A DNA stretch of 64,000 nucleotides. It comes from a virus. Lineage: Duplodnaviria; Caudoviricetes. The stretch is from the IMG/VR virus record IMGVR_UViG_3300038679_000357, positions 160,001-224,000 of that record. The stretch is one strand, 5' to 3'. The notes under the pieces are model-generated. The model was given only the letters and a program-made list of their open reading frames with translations. It ran no database searches and had not been told where the DNA came from. The position numbers were made by a program, and so were the translations under genes. Shown here piece after piece: positions 9,382 to 17,000 of the stretch (positions within the stretch are counted from its first letter, which is position 1; every line of letters starts with the position of its first letter).

Positions 9382-10838
9382 GGGTTAACCTCTCGACATA
9401 TCTCTGATAACCTTGAATGAACACGTTCAACGCATAACCGCCAATCAAATTTTTCAACGAGACGATCCCTCAGCTTCACTCCTTTTTTCAATGCGTCAGA
9501 ATGATTTTCATATACTGTACGCATATGATGTCGAAGAGTGTCAATGGCGGTTCTTCCATACTCTGGAAACTGTTGATTTTCATAAAAATGAGAAATCCAT
9601 GACATATTCCGGAATGGAGGATCAGTTCTGCGACTGGTGAAATAGCCATCTGGCGGAACCATATAAGCCACCTCGGAATCAAGAAAATCTCGCTGACCGC
9701 CATGATCCGATGCTATCACTGGAATACCACACGCGCCTGCCTCCATGTACGGCAACCCCTGCCCCTCACCACGTGACGGTAATACGAAGCAATGACAGGA
9801 ACGATATAACTTAGGCATATCTACGTCGGCGGTATAGTCGTTATGCAGGGCTATATGAGGAAGTTCTCCATCGGTTTTATGAACAAGCGACCTAACGTGC
9901 TTAAAATCAGACAAAATTCTCTGCTTTTTACCAGCCTGCCCCTCAAACCTAGTAGACATAATCAGACTGACATCATCCTTTTTTGAAAACTCTTCAAGAA
10001 AGGCTTGGATCATGATATCAAATCCCTTTCGATAGCTCCAGCCAAACACGCTCAAAAACTTAAACGAGCCGCCTGGAAGAGAAATTTTTTCTCCTTCTGG
10101 ACAGAACGCATCAGTATCAACCCCAAGAGGAAGTACCTTTATTGGCGCAAGCACTCCAGACTCACGAAAGACCTCTTCGTTCCATGTGCAAGGAACCCAC
10201 AGTTCGTCAGCCATATTATAGCGATCAACCAACTCTGGATGTATCCTAATGGATGTTTCCATCATTGTGTAAAGTATCTTCCTTCCCGCATGTGCAATTA
10301 CATCGGGAATGGTCATTCCATAAACTCGTGGGTATTTATTCGACAATTTTATCGATGACAATGACCTGAGAAAATCTTCTGTCCGCTTATTTACATTGCA
10401 AATCGTTTCCATGGGAATAGTCTTAATCATATCTCCCATAGAATTAAGTCCCATAATATAGGTTCGATTCATTCTGGCGTATCCACCATAATCAAACATT
10501 GGACCACCCCAATAAGCGCAAACATCAAATGTTTCAGGCTCTGGATCGGGAAGTGTAGGCATCTCTGTTATGTCCTCCAATTGAAATCCCACAGAATGAA
10601 GATCTAAACCAGCACGGCAAACATCATCAGTCATCAATCCTGGAACTTGAGACATATGAGAGAAGGACACGTTCTGTATAGAAACATGGTCAGTAACGGC
10701 AAATCCATCCTCATCAAAGTCAATCGGAGCAATATTGCCAACGACTTGTTTTGATTCAGTAGTTTTTACCCTAGATGCACGCTCAAGCGCCGCTTCGTAG
10801 GCGCTACGTGCTTTTGTGTTCTTTTCATCTAGTTCCAT
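9378..10838 (-). CDS. GT4-family (GT-B) glycosyltransferase, paralog of 7681..9381
   Basis: WGGPMFDYGGYARMNR, LPLGVDTDAF, FLSVFGWSYRKGFD, LPSRGEGQGLPYMEAGACGIPVIASDHGG, FDWRLCVE. First ATG is at 10838. Confidence 0.9.
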   Translation of the reverse strand: MELDEKNTKARSAYEAALERASRVKTTESKQVVGNIAPIDFDEDGFAVTDHVSIQNVSFSHMSQVPGLMTDDVCRAGLDLHSVGFQLEDITEMPTLPDPEPETFDVCAYWGGPMFDYGGYARMNRTYIMGLNSMGDMIKTIPMETICNVNKRTEDFLRSLSSIKLSNKYPRVYGMTIPDVIAHAGRKILYTMMETSIRIHPELVDRYNMADELWVPCTWNEEVFRESGVLAPIKVLPLGVDTDAFCPEGEKISLPGGSFKFLSVFGWSYRKGFDIMIQAFLEEFSKKDDVSLIMSTRFEGQAGKKQRILSDFKHVRSLVHKTDGELPHIALHNDYTADVDMPKLYRSCHCFVLPSRGEGQGLPYMEAGACGIPVIASDHGGQRDFLDSEVAYMVPPDGYFTSRRTDPPFRNMSWISHFYENQQFPEYGRTAIDTLRHHMRTVYENHSDALKKGVKLRDRLVEKFDWRLCVERVHSRLSEICREVNP

Positions 10839-10844
10839 GCGCAG

Positions 10845-10854
10845 ATTATACAAC
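10845..10854 (-). promoter_or_regulatory. Candidate -10 element GTTGTATAAT, 6 nt upstream of the GT4 ATG
   Basis: Plus strand reads attatacaac at 10845-10854; the same 10-mer occurs at 53440-53449. Confidence 0.4.
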
Positions 10855-10875
10855 GACAAAGGAATTGCGCACTAT

Positions 10876-11553
10876 TTAGTGGCGAAGAACGAAAGAAATG
10901 CCGGTATTGAAGCCTTCATATGGCTTTGACGGATCATAAATACGGAAAAAACTTGTTTTAGCTGCCATTTTCCCAGCCATCCCCTTTAACATTGGAATAA
11001 GATCATTACAGCACTGATATTTTACATATTTCATCTTATTCGACATACCAACCTCAGACATCGCGGCACCAGAAACCAAGATCAAACGAAGAAGATCATC
11101 AACCACGCTATGTTTTGCTCTCAAAAATCTCCAACCATCAACCCCTAATTTTTCCGAAAACACGTCCTGGTTTTCCAATACATAGTCCTTCCATCCATTT
11201 TCACACCGATGAAATTCCCCGTCAATCACCCAATATTTACCTGGAGTCAAAGCTTGAGGATTTTTAACAATCTTCGACTCTTCAACTAATTTCCTTGCGT
11301 CAACGACCTCAAGTTTATCCAATAAATAGCGGACTCCAGCCCATATGGTCGTAATATATTCCTTCGGCAAATCATCTAAGCGTCGATGATATGATAAAAG
11401 ATCAGACGCCAACTGTCCAACATCCCCCTTTGGACGTTCCGGTACAGGAATTGAATACCAATACGTCGCCAAGGCGTCCATCATCAGCTTTAAGTCGCCA
11501 GAATCTCGACAAATAAGTAAATCAGCGTACTTCACTTGACTTCCATCCGACAT
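10876..11553 (-). CDS. Hypothetical protein
   Basis: 225-aa ORF in operon context; no recognised motif. Confidence 0.6.
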   Translation of the reverse strand: MSDGSQVKYADLLICRDSGDLKLMMDALATYWYSIPVPERPKGDVGQLASDLLSYHRRLDDLPKEYITTIWAGVRYLLDKLEVVDARKLVEESKIVKNPQALTPGKYWVIDGEFHRCENGWKDYVLENQDVFSEKLGVDGWRFLRAKHSVVDDLLRLILVSGAAMSEVGMSNKMKYVKYQCCNDLIPMLKGMAGKMAAKTSFFRIYDPSKPYEGFNTGISFVLRH

Positions 11554-11822
11554 TCTAAGGTTTCTTCATCTATACGCAGATAATATTCACTGCCAGACGA
11601 CAAAAATCCTATGTAGCGGCTTTGAATAACTGGAGTACCCCCACCCATAGGGGCTGACATCGTTTTTGCTTGGAAATACCTTTCTTTTTTATTTGGGAGA
11701 GAATAAGTGCGACCGTCCACGTACATGGACAAACCAATAACGTCACTCTCAATATCACTCCATTTTTTCTCCCCCTCGCGAACAAAGCTACCATTCTTCA
11801 ACGATGCAATCCACATTCTCAT
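11532..11822 (-). CDS. Hypothetical small protein
   Basis: 96-aa ORF overlapping both neighbours in operon fashion. Confidence 0.55.
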   Translation of the reverse strand: MRMWIASLKNGSFVREGEKKWSDIESDVIGLSMYVDGRTYSLPNKKERYFQAKTMSAPMGGGTPVIQSRYIGFLSSGSEYYLRIDEETLECRMEVK

Positions 11823-12352
11823 TTTTTCTCTCCAATAAAAACATCAAATATACTGTCGGAAACAACAACTTCCTGAATTTTTGTATCTTTTTTCTTTTTT
11901 CTACTCGAAGTAGACAGTATTTCTGGAGAAACCAATGGTAATGAGGCAGGCTCTGATTGAGTTTTTTCACATACCGGTTCATTATTTTCTTCTTCCTCAT
12001 CATCTTCTCGTCTGGAACGTCGATGAGATTGAATCGGAGTATGAACTGGTAGAGGCTCTTTGCATTTTTTCTCAGGCTTCGGTAGGCGAACAGCATCCTT
12101 TGAAAAGTAAGCGCTCAATTCTATCATATTATCCATTGGAACAAAACGAGCAAGCCGAGGTTGACAAGAACATGATGACAGACATGAATAAATTGTATAC
12201 TCCCCTTCATCCGACTGCAGCAAAACATAAACAACATCGCTTTTTACCGTAGATTCAGAGATAGCCGCTATCCTCCCGGCGGTAAATGGATCTGAGTTAC
12301 TAGCCCCTTTCTCGTAAAGGTAGTCTCCGATTTTACAATCAAGAATCTTCAT
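11819..12352 (-). CDS. Hypothetical protein
   Basis: Start moved to ATG 12352 (MKILDCK, SD GGAG); the ORF-track TTG start at 12427 lies inside the terminator. Confidence 0.55.
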   Translation of the reverse strand: MKILDCKIGDYLYEKGASNSDPFTAGRIAAISESTVKSDVVYVLLQSDEGEYTIYSCLSSCSCQPRLARFVPMDNMIELSAYFSKDAVRLPKPEKKCKEPLPVHTPIQSHRRSRREDDEEEENNEPVCEKTQSEPASLPLVSPEILSTSSRKKKKDTKIQEVVVSDSIFDVFIGEKK

Positions 12353-12415
12353 TTTCGTCTCCGCTCTGGAAATATCGGAATATATGCGCACAAGCAATTC
12401 GTACAAGCCAAACGA

Positions 12416-12454
12416 ACACAAAAACAAAGCCCCCGCAGATAACTGCGGGGGCTT
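12416..12454 (-). terminator. Rho-independent terminator after the major capsid gene
   Basis: 12-bp perfect inverted repeat aagcccccgcag-ataa-ctgcgggggctt (12427-12454) followed on the minus strand by TGTTTTTGTG. A second small hairpin agaccgg-taaa-ccggtct lies at 12458-12475. Confidence 0.85.
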
Positions 12455-12493
12455 CTCAGACCGGTAAACCGGTCTTAGAGGTTCAAAACCTCA

Positions 12494-13360
12494 TCACGAA
12501 CCGCTGGAAACGACGACCTTGGCGCAAGCGTAGCTGTTAACCACGACAAAGCCAACTTCTTCGTAAATAACCCAGCCGAGACGAATACGGGACGGGTCGT
12601 CTGCCGGAAGGACAGTGATGTCCTGACGGATAGGCATTGCACCGAGATACTCGGCAGGAGCCAAGACGAACACGGTGTCGGTCGCCATCCTGGAGCTGAC
12701 GTGAATGTCGGCGGTCCAGATGTGCCCGAACAGACCAGTCGTCAGAACCTGACGGGTGGTCGCTTCGTCGTAGACGGTCTTGCCCCAGTTCCTGATGTCG
12801 ATGTAGCGGAATGCATGGCAAACCACTTTACCAACGGTCAGGTCGTGCTGCTCGACCAATCCGAAAGCCTGATTAAGAGCGGTGATCGAAAGCGCACCAC
12901 CAGTGCTGAGCACGGTGTGGTCTGCATCGATAGCGGCATTGATGACGCTGAAGATTTCAGTGTCTTCAACCTTGGCAATTGCTTCTTTCGCCTTGATCTG
13001 AGCGCGGTCGACAATGAAGAACCTACGAGCCTTCACTTCGGACAAACGAACAGTCGGGTGAGTTGCAATTTCGAACGTCGGGACAAGGATTTCCTCGCCT
13101 TCTTCAACCAACTGGGGAACTCCACCGCGACGGGAGATCTTCCAGGCGTTAGCCCGGACATCTTTCTCGTAGCGAGCATAAGCGCCCTGCGGCAATTCAT
13201 CAACCATGAGGAGCTTACGTCCAACCGCCTGGTATTCCAGTGCGCGACGGATCGGCTCGACCATGGCTTGAGCAAGAGCAACACGTCCACCCTCGGATTC
13301 CAAGGACTGGGCGATCAGGATTTCACGCTCCTGATTGACGGACTTTTTATCCATTGACAT
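12494..13360 (-). CDS. Major capsid protein, HK97 fold, no N-terminal delta domain
   Basis: 288 aa; GRVALAQAMVEPIRRALEYQAVGRKLLMVDELPQG...EEGEEILVPTFEIATHP...LGWVIYEEVGFVVVN; strong SD AAGGAAGGTG; biased GC-rich codons; terminator downstream; follows decoration and protease genes. Confidence 0.85.
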   Translation of the reverse strand: MSMDKKSVNQEREILIAQSLESEGGRVALAQAMVEPIRRALEYQAVGRKLLMVDELPQGAYARYEKDVRANAWKISRRGGVPQLVEEGEEILVPTFEIATHPTVRLSEVKARRFFIVDRAQIKAKEAIAKVEDTEIFSVINAAIDADHTVLSTGGALSITALNQAFGLVEQHDLTVGKVVCHAFRYIDIRNWGKTVYDEATTRQVLTTGLFGHIWTADIHVSSRMATDTVFVLAPAEYLGAMPIRQDITVLPADDPSRIRLGWVIYEEVGFVVVNSYACAKVVVSSGS

Positions 13361-13376
13361 ATGTCACCTTCCTTGA

Positions 13377-13880
13377 TTATACGAGGAGTTTGAACTCGAT
13401 GTACTGGTTGTTGTTATCGCCACTGAGAGCCATGTCACCGTTGATATCGGTGCCAGGAACTCCGGACGGGTACAGACCGGCAGCACGGGTAAGAACTGCA
13501 ACGGCATCACCAGAGGAAGTAGCCTGAAGCTTTCCATTGGCAGAGCCGTAGAGCTTAACTCCAGTGAGGGCGGACTCAACGTCAGACTCGAACTGATCGG
13601 TAGCAAATTCGCCACCGCCAGAGTAGACGGTCATCTCGCCAGAAGCGCCAGTTTCGTTGTACATATCGGATGCGCGATTCTGCCATCCGGCGTCAACACC
13701 CGGCATGCCGGATGCGGACTGGGACTTTGTGTCGCCTGCCACGCCGAGAACAACTCCGCTACCATTGAAAGGAACAATTTCTCCGCTGTCATTCAATTTG
13801 ACAAGCTGTCCTTCAGTGATATTGGAACTGCCAATCGGGTGGGTGGCGGCCACGACAATATATTTTTCCACAAGTGCCAT
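13377..13880 (-). CDS. Capsid decoration/cement protein
   Basis: 167-aa Gly-rich beta protein (EGQLVKLNDSGE..., VLGVAGD, GVKLYGSANGKL) directly upstream of the MCP with the same codon bias; SD GGGAG. Confidence 0.65.
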   Translation of the reverse strand: MALVEKYIVVAATHPIGSSNITEGQLVKLNDSGEIVPFNGSGVVLGVAGDTKSQSASGMPGVDAGWQNRASDMYNETGASGEMTVYSGGGEFATDQFESDVESALTGVKLYGSANGKLQATSSGDAVAVLTRAAGLYPSGVPGTDINGDMALSGDNNNQYIEFKLLV

Positions 13881-14047
13881 ATTAAGGACTCCCGTTTTCT
13901 TACCATCATCCTCACGATGAAGATGATTTGGAACATTGAATCAAATAACTTGCTACGATGATATAAACATCTATTTAGACATTCTGATTATCCCTATACC
14001 AAGCAACTATAGGGATTTCCTCTTTTTAAGAAGAAGATTTTTCACAA

Positions 14048-17000
14048 TCACAAATGGAGAAGAGCGGCGTACGGTCCATTTACTTCCGTCTTAACTTCAT
14101 TTCTCTCTTCCTGTAGCTTATTGAGAAGATAATATGCTGACGCCATAAACTTCTCATTCCACAGGTCTGTCTGTAACTTTGGAGCTGATTTTGTAGTGTT
14201 AGATACGTCAGTTGCCACATCTTTTGGATCAGACTTAACAACAGACTGATTCAAATCAACTGGAGCTGATTTAACTGGCTCGCTAACAGCAGGGGCTACT
14301 GGCATCGGCACAGAAGACGGAGCAGCAGGCGTCATTTTGGCTTGTTGCGCAAATCTAATGCGATTTGAGAATAGTGGGATATAACTAGACTTAACTTTAG
14401 TTAACTTTGCAACCTCTCTATCAATCTCTTCCTGTAAATCTTTTTCAATATCCGTATCAACCAACTTAGAGCCCTTCGATGATTCATCTGCATTACTTGA
14501 TGATGGATAAGTCTCTGGTTTTTCGTCAAAGTCAAAATCACCAGTCGGAATTTCCGGAACGCTCACATCAACATCATCTGAACTAACATCTTCAACCGGT
14601 ACTGTTGTCTCATCTTCAACAGGAAGTGATTTATCTACCAGATTATCTTGAACGTCTTTCTCCACAGCAACCTGATCTTTTTTATCGATGTTGTCCTCAA
14701 CATCAATAAAAGAAGTTATTCCGCTAATCAAAGAGTTCTTGTAAGCTTTTGCTTCCTCAACCGTATTAAACTTAGTTAAAACGATATCTTCGTCTTTCAA
14801 TTTCTTCGAATTCAACCAAGATATCATTTCTGGAGTTGGCTCGCCAGTGTGAATGTTAAAGTCAGACAATCCAAGAGCTAGTCCTTTTGATTGAAAAACC
14901 TCCATTTTCTTCTTCTCATTTTCTTCTTCAAATCTATCAATGTCAGTTGATATATCAGAAGACTCACTGCAAGCCAGAACAAGAGAAGATATTCTTCCAC
15001 ACGAAACAACAGAAAGAAGTCTACGACACATTGTCGTCAACCATCTTGGATTTGAAATTTTAACAGCCCCACGCAAGTATGAATCTGAAACATTTGGAAC
15101 ATGCGATTTAATGACGTTTTTATTTTGAGATACAAAGCGCACGATATTGGTAAAACACAAATTGAATTTTTCAAACACCAACGCCACCTGATCTGGCGAT
15201 TTTACGCCCTTCATGTTTGAAACAGCAGAATTTTTCTCGTTAATTAGCTCACTCCTGTAACGAGAAAACTCAGATAAAAACTTTGACACAAGACGACAGC
15301 TAGACACGCCTGATAAATTTTTCCCATTCAACACACCTATAATTTCATTAACTTTTGAATTGTATTCGCCATCAGTTAATGAAAGTGTATGATCAATAAT
15401 AGACATGATGTATTTATTTTCATTCACCGCACCAGGCAATACTACTAATACAGACTCTCCATTCGCCACGTTAGATACAAGAGGAGTGGACAAGGTTATC
15501 AATGCAGATGGATTTCCAGTGGCTGAAGAAACAACATATAGTGAATTTGCTATACGCAATTTTTCACCACTTGAAATAATTCGTTTAAATCCACTGACAT
15601 TAATAGAGGTCTCACCAGCTTTGTGTCCGTTAGGGCTAGAAATCATTCCAACAGCCTTAGATCCCATTGAATCAACACCAGAAGAAACGCAATCAACGAT
15701 ATATTTTTTATCTTCCTTAGAAAGAAAGACGTCATACGGCAAAGACAAATCCTTTGACGATGAAATGGCGCGAAGAGCCATCCAACCATCTCTTGGTTTT
15801 GGTACTTTTGCTGCTTGATCAGCCAACACTGGATCATTAGCAAATTCTGGAGGGACTGTATTCCATTCCGATAAATTTACCGCATGCCATAAATTTTGAG
15901 CATTTAGCGGTAATGCGCCACTCACTCCAGAAAGGAAATCTCGATGAGACCGCAACATATTCGTCACAAAACCATTCAAATCTCTTATACCAGTACGAGG
16001 ATGAACACGTCCCTTTGAGTCTGGCTCCCAATTCATTTTCTCCATCATTCTATGACATATCATGTCCAAGTATGAATAATTTTTACCTGGCATATTTACG
16101 TCCATTGATTGGAATATTTTCTGAGCCTCAATAAATCCATCAAGAAAATCATTAACTTTGTATAGATATGGATCTTTCCCTTTTTCTGGTTCAATAGAAA
16201 AACCAGCAGTTGACATAAAACTATCTCGATTACTCTTTGGGAAAATAAACCCGCTCTTCATGACATCAGGAGCTATAGACTCTATTTTCTTTGCTAAATC
16301 AATAAGCATTTTTTCATCGTCAGATCGTCTAGCTGCGATCATCAATTTTATCGTTTCTGCAACAACATTATTATCTGTCATCGCCGTGACAGTATTATTG
16401 ACGATCGTGTCGGTTTTGAACATCTTTTTCAAGCTTTCAAAATCTGTTGGGACTTCAACTTCATAGCTTCCGCCAATGGCGTTTATTCGACTAAGGAATG
16501 GAGAAGCTCCAGACTCTTTCGAAAACCACTCTGGACCTTTATTACTTGTGAACACAAAATAAGTACCGTTTACGGCGTACAACCCCTTATCCTCTTCAAG
16601 AGTTTGCATGAGAGCTAAATTAATATCCCTCTGCATGGACCCATCCATTCTACTTTCGCCTTCAAAAACTTTATTTAACTCATCAATAAGAATGACGGTA
16701 TTTCTACAATTACGACAGTAGGCAAAGAACTCCTGAAGATTATTTTCGCTCTGTCCACGGAACATAGTATCACGACCGGCAGAAAAAACCTCATTCATGG
16801 TACACATATTGAACCGGAGGTCAAATGAATTTGCCAGCACATCCGCAAAAATTGACTTACCAGATCCAGCAGCACCATAAAGGAAATAAGCAGTTTTTAC
16901 GTTTCTCTTTATGGATGAAACGTTTTGTCTCTCAGCATCAATTTGCCTTCTCACTACAGCGATCATTCGATCATGATCACTATTAGAATAGGTCCCATCA

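Noticed and set aside
12701-13357. 218-aa plus-strand ORF and alternative-frame ORFs over the MCP
   Set aside because: Fully antisense to or overlapping the MCP; explained by GC-rich codon bias suppressing stops.
12494-13360. Cellular encapsulin rather than viral capsid
   Set aside because: Context with portal, prohead protease, decoration protein, TerL and tail-fibre genes supports a virion MCP.
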